From: Patellaria atrata CBS 101060
Taxonomy: Eukaryota
Direction of reading: 5' to 3'
Length of the DNA stretch: 64,000 bases
Assembly (NCBI GenBank): GCA_010093705.1
Contig: MU006105.1
Location: 549,373-613,372 of the forward strand
In this document: positions 1-11,735 of the stretch, one piece after another
How positions within the stretch are numbered: position 1 is the first letter of the stretch
How the letters are laid out: each line of letters starts with the position of its first letter
The notes under the pieces: generated by a model
Told to the model about the DNA's origin: nothing
Database searches by the model: none
Seen by the model: only the letters and a program-made list of their open reading frames with translations
Position numbers and translations under genes: made by a program

Positions 1-18
1 ACAAATCAGAACACTTAC

Positions 19-1650
19 CCAAAGCCGAGAAAGCAAGTCTCCACACAGCACCATGACGCGCATTAAACTCAAAAGTCTGCCCGAGGGTATGTCTGACTTT
101 AACAGCGCCCTTGTCATCATGGCCTACCGTCTCGCTCTCACGACGGCCCGCAAGTCCCGCGCCTATGCCACTAGTCGGCTTTTTGGTCTTGCCGAAAATA
201 TTCTGCGAGGCCGAGGGTTTGTGGGCGGACCTTTCTCGCTCGGCTTCTAGCAGAGGCTGTACTTGCGGATAGCGGGTGTTGGTCTTGGAACGGGGAGTAT
301 GGACTTCGTAGATGCGGATGTAGCCGTCTTTGCTGGCTGAGGCTATGAGGTCGTAGCCGCGCATGGCGCCGTTCGCCCAGGACACGTCGCGGATGAGCTG
401 TTTAGCGCCTTTGAGCTCGATGGCCATGTAGAAGCGGCGTTCGCTATCTGTGCGGAACACTTTTACGACGTTCATGGCTGCCACGGCGAGGGAGAGGGAA
501 CGCCGATCGACGCCGGCCATGACTGCGTTCCAACTTGGCAGTTTCTCGTGGTGCCAGGAGACTCGGAAGCTGCTTTCGTCTTGGCGGCTTGGGGTTGCGC
601 AAACGTAGTTCTGGTGGATGGATTGCCATTCCGTCATGGTCTGGTGGTCCGTTGGTTCGTAGACAGAAAGATATCCATCGCGAGAGATTAGGGCGAGATA
701 GGTCTCGGCCATGATGTTCTTGAAGTCGAGGGCCATGTACGGGATTTTGGTTTCGGACATGTGGGAGTATAGGAGCTTGAAACGTTTACCGGAACATGGA
801 GTCTCGGTGGGATCTTCGAGCCAGAGACGAAAGCGAGAATCTTCGCCTACACTACCGATGATTTCACCCGTGAAGGGGCCATTCCATTTTACCTTGTCGT
901 GTTAGCCATGAGGACCTGATAAGGGAAAGGGAGTGACATATGACGTCGATGGAGCACATTGTTAGAAGAGAAAATAGTTCTGCTTGCCATGCGTCACCAA
1001 GTTGAGAATATACAAAAACAAGGAGCAAATTACAAGGCTTTCTATATCGGAAGATGTTGACTCACATCCGTAACCTCAGCATCGTGAGCTCGCCAAGTGT
1101 CAATGATTGCCCAATTTTCACCTCCATCTTTCCTGTCCCAAACCTTCAACCGATGATCAGCAGAAGCCGTAACCATGCGATTCCCGGTAAAGCTGAAGTC
1201 AACCGCAAGGACAAGGTCCTGGTGATCGTGATGAAACGTCTGGAAATTGGCAGCCATATCGGCGAATGTTACACCTAACTCTTCCGGCTGATCTTTGGAG
1301 AGGTATGTTGAGGGTGAATCAAAAGTCACCTCATCAAGATTTAGTTTGGCTACATCTAGATCGGGTGATAACTGATCGGATGAGAAAGGGAAATGTGCAG
1401 TTTGCGGCTCATCTATATCGGTGAAATTATCACGGGGGTTATCAATACGCGCCGTAGAGCTAGACGCGTTCAGAGGAGGACGCTTGGCCCCCGCGGCGGA
1501 ATCTCGACGACTCGCGGAGTCCAGCGGCGGGGTGATTGAACCCTCAGATGCTGCCTGAGATGGCAATTGCGATGGGGTTAAGCGTTTGAGGAAGTTTGGA
1601 TGTGCAAGCTTCTGATTGATTTTGTTTAGAGCTTCCTGTATATGATCCAT
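19..1650 (-). CDS. SEH1: Seh1-like WD40 nucleoporin / SEA complex subunit (3' end lies beyond the window start)
   Basis: Exon 1 reads HQDLVLAVDFSFTGNRMVTASADHRLKVWD...WRAHDAEVTD. Intron 1065-893 (GTGAGT...GCTAAC...AAG). Exon 2 reads VKWNGPFTGEIIGSVGED...LIRDVSWANGAMRGYDLIASASKDGYIRIYE and ends at a GTAAGT donor at 18. Start is either 1650 or 1257 (MAANF). Confidence 0.85.
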
Positions 1651-1913
1651 ACGGTGTCTAGTTAGAGGTATCCAGGTATCTAGTTAGAGCTTCTTAGGGA
1701 GGTCCCCACTACCAATGCCGCCTTGTTAAAGTCCTTGGCGCTGGGAAAAGCCGAAGATTCCGTCTGTAAGGTACCCGTGCCCGGTCTGTGAACACATGTC
1801 ACTATTAAAGATGATGACAAGAGGTTGAAAGAGAAGATGGTTGTTCTACACAGAAGCAAATATCACTTTCTTTCTTCATCGCCCTTTTATTTCTCCTCTT
1901 ATTCCGACCGATC

Positions 1914-3408
1914 ATGGTCACGTCATCTTCAAACGGACTGACAAGCACCGAGTCCTGGACGCTCCTTTCATTGTCCGCAGCATGTTTTGGAATCCTAGCT
2001 AATACCTTTCATGGCGACGGCGAACCTTTGATCGCGTCAATTGCATTTAGCGGTATAGCCTTCTCGTTTACATACGCCCTGATAAGATGGTTGGGCAATA
2101 CCTTCATGAAGGCCGGGTTGAAGGGAAGGGATATGTGCAAGACGAGAACAACAGAGATGTGGGCTCAATTCAGAATAGTCATTCCTCGACAGTACTAATT
2201 CTACTTTAGACCTGAAACTATGGGTGCCATATGTGCAATCGTCTACCTCATGACCGTTATAATCTTCATCCCATTCCCATTCTACAAAGATATCGTAGCA
2301 GCAACGTCCGGAGGCGGTAATAGGGACCTTGTATTGTCCGTGGAACATGTTGAGACTGGACGTTTTCTTCACAAATTTCCGCATAGCAAGCTCGCCTCCT
2401 ATCTCTCCGCCATACTCTCTCTTCAGGTCGTAGTTTTACTCGGAATTGGAGATGATCTATTTGATATACGATGGCGACATAAGGTGTTCATCCCGGTAAT
2501 CGCTGCCATACCAATGCTTATTGTATATTTTGTCGATTTTGGGGTAACGGAGATTGTCATACCTACACCCATACGACCGTATCTTGGTGAACTGTTTGAT
2601 CTGGGTGGGTTCATTCTGGATCTCTTGATCAAAATATGTGGGAATTAACTTTTAAGCAGGCTGGTTATACTACGCATACATGATCCTTCTATCCATATTC
2701 TGTCCCAACAGTATTAACATCCTTGCCGGCGTTAATGGTCTGGAAGTATCACAATCGATAGTTATCGCCCTCCTCATTATCCTTAACGATGCGTTATACC
2801 TTTCTCCGTTCACGAGATACCCACATCCCGCAACCGATTCCCATCTTTTCTCAATCTATCTTCTACTTCCTTTCGTGGGCGTCTCCCTAGCACTCTGGTT
2901 TCATAATTGGTATCCCGCCAAAGTGTTTGTTGGAGATACCTACTGCTACTTCGCTGGTATGGTACTGGCTGTTGTAGCAATCCAGGGACATTTCAGCAAA
3001 ACATTAATACTTCTATTCATTCCTCAAGCAGCTAATTGGGTATATTCGATGCCTCAAATCTTCGGATTGGTCACTTGCCCGAGACATCGCCTTCCGAGGT
3101 TTAATGCAAGAACTGGACTATTGGAACCATCTACTGCAGAGTTTAAACAGCCATTGAAGCGCGTGGTAGCGCAGTCCTTGAAGCTGTTGCATAAACTAAG
3201 ACTTATAAGAGTAACATTGGATGAGCAGGGCGAAGTAACGGGCTGCACCAACATGACCCTAATAAATCTGTGGATCGTATGGTTCGGGCCGATGAGGGAA
3301 GATAGACTGGTTATGGGACTAATGGGACTGCAGACAGCTTGTGGCTTGCTTGGATTATGGGTCAGGCATCGGCTAGCACTGCTTATTTTCACGCAGGATA
3401 ATTGGTAG
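1914..3408 (+). CDS. ALG7: UDP-GlcNAc:dolichyl-phosphate GlcNAc-1-phosphate transferase
   Basis: Motifs PETMGA, LLGIGDDLFDIRWRHK, FCPNSINILAGVNGLE, FHNWYPAKVFVGDTYCYFAGM and CPRHRLPRFN. Introns 2159-2209 and 2605-2659 join the three ORF-track segments in frame. Confidence 0.96.
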
Positions 3409-3742
3409 GATAGAGGTAATGAGGTAATGTATATTATCAAAACATATTCATTTTGACAACACATGGCTCACTGAAGTACCTTTTTGCCTTATGGGTCATG
3501 TGTTCCCTTCATCATAATCTCTAGGGGCTATAAATCGACTAGCAGACATTTCTCATCACTCAGACCCATAAACATTTTTCCCACTCCGAGATAAGCAACA
3601 ACTTCGATTTTTGGAGTTTCTCGTATATTAGTAGGCGAGTAGCGGCGAGATAATAAGATTCTGGGCCTAGTCTATCTCTAAACGTTTCCACGACAGCTGC
3701 ACAAGCAACCAAAACATATGATGCATATCACATACATCACAA

Positions 3743-4500
3743 CTAGATATCAACCACTACCTCACACCCATAACGAAAATCATCACCGCTCCACCCGAGA
3801 TACGACCATGTCAACTTGAACCAGTCCCACAGAAGGCTCCGTCCTCCAGCAGACCACAATGACTTTGCACTTGCCAGATAAATATCTGACTTGCCACAGA
3901 CGTAGATCAACGGGAAACTCGATGCTGCGGCTGAGCTGAGAGTCCTCCGCGAAGAGACAATGAAGCGATGATACAAGTATGCATGTCCACCTTTGCCAGA
4001 CCTTCCCGCTTCTAGCTCTGTTGCAAAATCAAAGAGATTGTACAAAAGAAGAGTGATATACCCGTCTACACCGCTAGGGAGTCATGCGTAGAGGCTGTCA
4101 GACTGTAGTTGAGGCTATCAAGTCCTTTGTGTCAGCCATGCCCTGGTTCTTGAAGTCAGATGACAATTTCAGGGGCACGGCATGATCTCCACCGCTGGGG
4201 AGAGGGGTATTTATTCCTCTCTCTGCTCTACTTTTTATTTTCCTTCGTTGTTGTGAGGGAAGTGGTCTCGAGAGTCCTATGACAGTCATCTATAAGATAT
4301 TTCTGCTTGGAAACATACCGAAGAATATTGTGTCTGCTCCTGTGGCTTCTGCTGATTATGTCTCCCCCTGGGCCTTCTCTGCCGGTTATCGGATCTTTCC
4401 TTCGCTGGGGAAAGTACTTGTGGTGACATCTACAGGTTCAGGATGATAATGAGGGGTATCTTCAGCTTTGCTTGATGGGTCGGAGCTGTGAGATACAGAT
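3743..4500 (-). pseudogene. Degraded hypothetical gene
   Basis: One frame runs from about 4500 into ORF 4289-4098, broken only by three TAA/TAG codons; a further fragment (YLASAKSLWSAGGRSLLWDWFKLTWSY) lies at 4045-3743. No recognised domain. Confidence 0.35.
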
Positions 4501-4519
4501 GGTCGGCGTCATAACACAA

Positions 4520-5253
4520 TTTAGCTTAAATAGAATATTATAATTATACTTTTAGATTTCTATATAGTACTAAATAGAGGTATAGAGGTCGATTTTATAA
4601 TCCCTTTACAGCATGGGGTGGCTATAGAGTCTAAGCTATCGAGAGATTAGTAGAAAAACGAGATCCATGAGAGAGTATACGGCTCGCTACAGCAGCTTCT
4701 AATACTAGACGCAGTAAACAAGAATATCAGCATTAAGAAATACTATTAGCGGGCTACGCTCTAGGTACGAGGCCTAGAGAAGTAAGGCTAAGAAATAAAG
4801 GAGCGTCGTTAGAAGTAAGAAAAGCGTAAGGCTATAAAAGCGGTTACGACCACCACGACTAGCAAGACTACTACCCAGCTATTAGATATAGTAACGACAC
4901 TACGGCAACCAGTAGGGACTACTATAGCGGAACGGAAGTTTATAGGGGAATGTTTTAACTGTGGTAAGAAAGGCTATAGGTCGGTTAACTGCCGAGCACC
5001 TCGGAAGATAGCCGAAGTCAAGTCAGTATAATAGGAATAAGCCGAAACGGATTAAAGGCTGCATGGGCAGTATTGTAGGTAATGCAATACAATGGAATTA
5101 AAAAAGAAAAAAAAAAAAAAAAAGTCGAAACGGACCGAGAGTTAGATTCGGAAAATGAGCAACCCTAAGGAGAGAGTCCGCTTTAGGGTTATCCATAGGA
5201 GCATTAAGAGCACCAACTATGCCCCGATTACAGAGAAACATTTCGTAATACCG
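4520..5253 (+). mobile_element. Ty3/gypsy LTR-retrotransposon relic (gag 3' end and start of pol), RIP-mutated
   Basis: Zinc knuckle GECFNCGKKGYRSVNC at about 4945-4992 (His>Tyr, CAT>TAT). Many in-frame TAG/TAA codons and high TpA content. gag ends DSENEQP* with a slippery-like GGAAAAT and a hairpin. The 5' boundary is approximate. Confidence 0.85.
5052..5121 (+). mobile_element. Extremely 5'-truncated non-LTR retroelement insertion with poly(A) tail
   Basis: About 50 nt of unique sequence plus an A-tail, flanked by AAGCCGAAACGGA (5039-5051) and AAGTCGAAACGGA (5122-5134). Near-identical to 51457-51517. Confidence 0.9.
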
Positions 5254-5450
5254 TTATCTTCAAAAATTATCTGGTTTCGATATCTGTTTTATCCTCAAAC
5301 GACTCCACTGTTTCAACAGATATCTCAACGACTATTAGCTATATTGAGATTTGGATACTTGTTCTCTGTAGCTCTTCAATATATATAGACGTTCCTTCAG
5401 TAGATAGATAGAAATCAAGCGATTATCTTGATTATTCAGCACCCTCACGT
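5254..5450 (+). repeat. Dispersed repeat copy 1 (degenerate coding fragment), paralogous to 55923-56107
   Basis: Shares CAACAGATATCTCAACGA, TATATTGAGATTTGGATAC and AAATCAAGCGA blocks with the second copy. Peptide YLFYPQTTPLFQQISQRLLAILRFGYLFSVALQYI*. Confidence 0.85.
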
Positions 5451-8400
5451 CTGACACATCCCCTTTAAGACAGCCTCAAACAGTACGACAGAAAATGGAT
5501 AGGGTTTAGTTTCGTAACCGGGAGCCGGCACAACCACACAATGAATCCATTCTACTATTGATGCGGCTGCGTATTCGAGAACACACAATTCACTAGAAAC
5601 GAAAAAGGAGGATAACAAAAGGGGTATTTATAGGACCAAATTGCACTTCCTGACCCGCTGCCGATCATACAGCTTCCATCACTTGACATCACGTATTGTG
5701 TGCATGTCTTTTAACAACCCTGCCATAGAGTCTGTGTCACTGAAGGGCTCTTGGGTATAAATATCCTCTCCTGTTCTCTTTTCTTGTAAGTTTCCATTCC
5801 AACCTAAGTGGCTAGAAATCGCTTGGGAAAGGACATATTCATGGTTCGCTCAAGGATCCGATATTGTGCGGCTGGGCGGTTTTTGGCACTCAGATATTAA
5901 CAAAGCAACGGAATCAATATTTGCCGGATCGCTCGGTTACTGACTATCCAAGGGATACGATGGGAGTTCAAAGAGACAGAGCGGGGATTCTGCGGTTTCT
6001 TGAGATTTGAAGCGCTGTTGATATTCACCTGGTTACAATAACGATCCTCATCATTTCGAAAGAGCGTTTCATCATCTTTAGGTCTTCCCGGCTTTTCAGC
6101 CACCAGAAATTCTAATGTCATGTCACAAAGCCTCTATCTGAGACGCGAATACAGCGGTCCTCCTTCTACGAAGAGGGCATGAGCACAATTGAGTCCCATA
6201 AAAACTGGAGTCAAAATTATTGGACTTGTGAACCTGGTTCTAAGTTGTAAGTTCAGAGCGATATTTATGTGTCGCTCCATTGCTGAACCGCTCCTTACGA
6301 CGTCTCCTGATCTTCCATAATGACATGGGGGGATGATATCCTCATGTGATCCGTTCAGTTGTCCATGCTTATAGTCAAGCATGAGAAAGGAGCTATAAAA
6401 CCCTCCCTAGGGGTCTCTAATTCTTTCCTCATTTCTTTCTGTGGATCCAAAAACAGGAGTGTTATCGAGTAAGCCCAGAATTCGTTCTGCTGTCGCTTCT
6501 AGTTATTTCTCCCCTCCAGACGTCCCCGAAATCCCAACCTTTTCAGAATAATTTGGTTCGACCATCGTATATATATTTCTAAGTTGTTCCTGTTGGCGGA
6601 TACATTCTAGGGATACTGTTGACACCCGACATCACCACATGCGCGGTGGCAATCGTCATTGTCCCATTGACACATTATGAATCCGAAGTATTCTCACTTT
6701 GAGTTTCTGAATTGGTGAGTCGATCTGAACCCCCGGGAAGAATACCATCTGGGAACATGTGTCAGACCAGTCCACGAATTTTTATCTACGACTCCTTTGC
6801 TCATTCCAATATCCATAATTGATAAGGTGTCGAGCAAACCACAGGACAATATAAGAGGAATAGTGCTTCCGCAATACACTCCCCCCTTCGAAGTTGTAGT
6901 GTTGAGCTTCTGAACAACTATTGAAAGATCATATACGTGCAGATTGCTGAACCTCATGATGCATGATGCACCGGGACCGGTCCGGTGCATGGATTAAAGT
7001 CATTAGACTGCGTATGGAGGTCATGAACCATGTCATTAGTTACACTTCTACCCGATGATGTTTGATTCCTTGGGACGTAAGGGGTATATATTCCTTCAAG
7101 CTTCAATTTCCTACTCTTCTTTATTTCATCATGCTGAAAGGTAAAAGGATATGTTTATCTCGCGAATTGAAGATCTAAACATTGTCGGTCGAGGAGGATA
7201 AAATAGCAGAATCAGGGGACATAATCCCCCAAATTGGCTTGTCTCTTGAGCATGACTTCGGTATTGGGGTGTTTTGCCTACAATAGATGAGTCGGAGTAA
7301 GAGCGAGAAAAAGGAGTGATGGTGGGAATCAGTACTGTGCTATGAAGACCTTCTGCATCGTCTATTCAACTATGCCCGTTACATTAACGCTCGAACCCAG
7401 AGTATTCCTAAAAGTATTGTTTTGGTACCACCGCTCCACAATTTGATAATGACTTCTATGTTCCAGAAGAAGCAGTTCCCTCCAGAATATGTAGTTCATG
7501 AGGTCAACTTATTGAGATATCCACCTTCGTTCAAAATCGCACAATCAAATCCAAAAACTTCCTTGTGTTTGTTGAACTTGTCAAGTTATGACTGTCGTTC
7601 TCTAACCATCTGGAAGAGATCGATATTTATAGCCCCCGAACGGTGCAGAACGCATTACTGCACTTCACGTAGAATGGCCTTATGCTAGAGTCAAATGATA
7701 GCGGTCATTCAAGTAACGCATATGCGACTTTACGGAACAGACATTACGTCATGTACTATGATTTGTCAGTAGTCCCTGCGTGACATGGGAGGATCGGATA
7801 TATATTTACTCTCCTCCTCCCCTTTCTCCTCTCTCCGTTCAACTGTGATAGCTCGGTCTGAGAGAAGCTGGGGAACCCTAATAGATCAATGATGTTTCTG
7901 GCTCCCAACAATATGCGGACTTACCTTATTCCGTGTTGTTTGTACGCATCTATATCGTGATTGGAGGGCTCCAGTATCTCTCAACCGCAAAGCATTATGT
8001 TCTGAAATTGGGTTAAAAGGTTAGACTAGGGGGCCGCCTGCTGGATAGTGATAATGACTACCACCGTTACTACTTACAGACCACCATCATCAGCAAATAA
8101 CTCTAGTAATTGTCATTTATCATCGCCACTCTTCACCTCTCGCTTGCTCTTTTCAAGATTTCACGCTTTTGGTTCGAGACTAGCAAACCAAAACCCGACA
8201 ACAAAATCTGAAGTTATATCGGTAGTTCCAAGCACACACCCACAATCTTTGCGTTGACAATTCCTTGTTCCAAATGCGCAGCTGAGACGCAACTACCGCA
8301 AAGACCACACAAATCGGCCATGTGATGCTCTTTTCTGCTCGATGCTGTGCTCCAGCTCATTATTGAACAAGACAAAAGAAGGGTTGAAGGGTGGAAGAGA

Positions 8401-9365
8401 TTATGTGCATGCTGTTAAGTGCGAGGACCTCTTGAACATTGAAAGGGTTGTGATAAGCGTCGTTGAGGATGGCGTGTGATAGATGCTGTGGGAGATATTA
8501 TCACATACGACTAGAGAGCGGCGAAAGAGGCGGGGGATGGTGATCAAGGGGTCTTTCTTTGCCTTAAATAGCAGATAGGAACTCTTCATTCCCTGTCTCA
8601 GACAAGAGAGGAAGAAACAAGAGAGCAACGGTGAAAGTTATACACTAATGCATTTACGTATTCTGTGGGTCTCAGAACACAACAGCCTGATTGAACAATG
8701 GACATTCGGTTCGGGAAAGTGTTTACTCAATCTATACGCGTCTTATTCTTCCTGCCCGTCGTCCCTTGATCTTATGATGATAATAATCGCAACGCACTGC
8801 TATGCACTATTAGTGTCCCTGCATCATAAACACCATTGCTAGATTACTCCCTCCTACCATTTCCTAAGCTCGTTGTTCCAGGAGTTAGGGTTAGGGTTCA
8901 AAATACACCTCCTCTTCTCAATAGTAGTTGTGTTTTGATTCCAGCCGCTCCCAAATTGCATCTTCTCGACGTACGAGAGGGAACATCTCCAAATAGTAGG
9001 ACTATCGATTGGTATATTCATCCAACAGAAGCAGAATAGTTAACTGAGCGGATCGATGTCTATTCGACGTTGTTGAGTATGAAGAGAGAGAAGGTCTGAT
9101 GGAGAAGATGGGGTGAAATTTATATAGGCACAATCAGGGAAAACGGAGACTCGAATAAGTGCAACGGACGCAGATGATGTGTGTGACCCATGATAAAGAC
9201 AATGCGGAAGGGTGTTGTGAGTCCCATTAGCGGAATAAGAAACATCTGCGATTGATTGCTCATGGAAAAACACCGTTGAGAATCTGAACTGAATGGCTCT
9301 ATTATAACAGAGATGGATCTCACTCAGGATATCTCGTCATACTACCTAGTTCTATCCTCGATGTT

Positions 9366-10754
9366 TTATTCTCGAGCTAAACTTACGATACGCTCCAACT
9401 CCTCCACGGTCTTTGGGCAATTTGCTGTCAGATTGTCGCAACCATCACGGGTTACAAGGACATCATCCTCGATTCTCACTCCTCCGACTTCCCAGTAATC
9501 CTCTAACACGTCGGTATTGATGAACTTACTATGCTTGTCGTCGTGTAGGTATGGTTTGATGATGAATTCGCAAAAGTAGATACCGGGCTCTACGGTAATC
9601 ATGCTATGATATGGTAACTCTCCTCTAGTACGTAGATAGCGAAACATTGGGTCGGGGTCGTTATAGTTGGCATGACCACCGGTATCATGCGTATCCATAC
9701 CGAGATAGTGGCCTAGGCCGTGAGGAAAAAATGCGACGCTTGTTCGGGCCTCGAAAATCTCGTCTGTATCGCCCACGAGGATTTTCAACTGAAGCAATCC
9801 ATCAATCGCGACCCTATGCGCGCGGACATGGACATCCTCCCAAAGTACTCCCTCTTTGATCATTGCCATACATTCTTCCTGCATGCGGAGGACAAGGTTG
9901 TAAATTGACTTACTCTCTGGAGTGAATTTACCCTTGATAGGGTAACAACGTGTAATATCGGCAGCGTAGCAGCTCGACTCGGCTCCAGCATCGATAAGAA
10001 GATTAAGTTTACCTCCCAGAGGCTTGTCATTATGTACATAATGTAGAGTTGCTGCTGCTTTGCCACTTGCTATGATTTGATGGTAAGCTTGCTCGCGACA
10101 TCCCCGTTCGATGCAAGACTTGATGAAGATGGCCTCAAGGTCTTGCTCGTTGTGAGCAAATTTGACAGCTTTCATGACCTCGATGTGAGCTTCGACCGAA
10201 ACCTCGGCGGCATGTTTCATCAGCTCAAGCTCGTAGTCGGTCTTGACTACCCGACACTCCTCGATGGCCGTCTTGATGGTTGTGAAGTCGGTACTAGAAA
10301 AGGAGAGAAAGGTGGTCTGATCAGACACCTGGTTCTCTATCGCGTAGACCTTGCCGGAGTACGTAGCAAGATGGGAGTTCAGGCCCGGGGTGGTCTTTAC
10401 ATCGTCAACGTCGTACTTTGCGAAGGCATCCTGGACCATAACCGGAAATCCAGACCAGACGACTTCTTCAGGATCGACAGGGGGAATTAACAACGTTAGT
10501 TTTTCCTCTTTCATGTCGTAGGTTAGGAATGAGTCCGGTAGTTCGCATCCCGAGAGGTAAAAGAAATATCGGCGTTGCCGGAAAGGGGCAGCTGAGTCGT
10601 TATCCTCCAACATCCGGGTTTTTTGAGCTTCGAGGTAAATCACTCCTTCCGTGCCTCCATTACGAAGAATATAGTCTTTGACTTGCTTTGCGTGCTGTTT
10701 TGCCGGGTACTTTCCATTGGGCTTTGAAGGCCCGTCGTGAATATGATCTTTCAT
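9366..10754 (-). CDS. pepP: Xaa-Pro dipeptidase/aminopeptidase (prolidase, peptidase M24B), intronless
   Basis: N-terminal KYPAKQHA and [12 protein letters not shown]; metal-site motifs [38 protein letters not shown] and GGVRIEDD. First ATG is at 10754 (the ORF track opens at a TTG at 10781). Confidence 0.93.
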   Translation of the reverse strand: MKDHIHDGPSKPNGKYPAKQHAKQVKDYILRNGGTEGVIYLEAQKTRMLEDNDSAAPFRQRRYFFYLSGCELPDSFLTYDMKEEKLTLLIPPVDPEEVVWSGFPVMVQDAFAKYDVDDVKTTPGLNSHLATYSGKVYAIENQVSDQTTFLSFSSTDFTTIKTAIEECRVVKTDYELELMKHAAEVSVEAHIEVMKAVKFAHNEQDLEAIFIKSCIERGCREQAYHQIIASGKAAATLHYVHNDKPLGGKLNLLIDAGAESSCYAADITRCYPIKGKFTPESKSIYNLVLRMQEECMAMIKEGVLWEDVHVRAHRVAIDGLLQLKILVGDTDEIFEARTSVAFFPHGLGHYLGMDTHDTGGHANYNDPDPMFRYLRTRGELPYHSMITVEPGIYFCEFIIKPYLHDDKHSKFINTDVLEDYWEVGGVRIEDDVLVTRDGCDNLTANCPKTVEELERIVSLARE

Positions 10755-11735
10755 AATGATTATTTTTTGTACCTCTCTCAAGGTCTAGTAAGAGTATACC
10801 GTATATTCACCCGTACGAGTAGGTGTGCACAAGAGAAGATGCTGGAGTGAGAGTAACACTTATGTAGATGCGAGTGATATCCTCTCCAAGAGTGTTGATT
10901 GTTGAAGTCGGCTTGGGTGTTGATAACGGAGTTGATCTAGATAGATGTCCGAAGCTTTGCCGGTCCATCCCCTTGTCGTCCCCTTGGGTTAGAACTAAGG
11001 GGTCTCTTTACGTAAGGCTTAAAGAAAACCTAGAGAGGGCCCTGCTAAGGTGCTCCGATATTAAACAATATATCCTGTACAACATTCTTTCTGCTGTGGC
11101 GTCCTAAAACCATGCTGTACAGTACCCTAGTCCTATCTGACAAAAGGATGGGGGCGGAAAGCCCTTCCCGTTACCCTCATATATCCTAACTTTAGTTCTA
11201 ACCTTGTTACAACCTCTGTCGCAAGTTCAAATTCTACTACTCTGTACGAAGGTATCTCGTTGGGTAACTGACCATCTCACTAAATCGTTATAGCTGTTTT
11301 TCATCTAAGTTTACCGCGTCTGTACTCTTTACTCGTTTTGTCGTCCTGGAAGTCAGTTGTACTGTGCGTTCGTCAAGCTCGTCGGTCAAGCACTCATGCA
11401 TGATGCTTGATCAACCTCGGATTCCTCGCAAAATGGCCCTTTCTAGTTGATATCCAAAGCGAAGTTCCGCACCTTACACGCATATCTTGATCTTCAATGG
11501 CTCTGGTGCTCCAGCCTTGCTGCATACTCCGAGGAAAGTCTTGGGAGCAGAGAGGTAACGGGACCACAAATCAACCTCTATTTCAGCCACAAAGCGCGCA
11601 CAAAGTCATTTATAGAAGAGCAGTGACATGCAAGCTTGACGCGAAATGTTTAAAGAGACCGCGTCTTGCTTCGATGTGATGGGCGATTTAGGTTTATCGC
11701 ATTTCCCACTGGAAGCTTCCTTTGTTGCTGCCATA

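Noticed and set aside
8884..8897. TTAGGGTTAGGGTT telomere-like repeat
   Set aside because: Only two units; expected by chance and without subtelomeric context.
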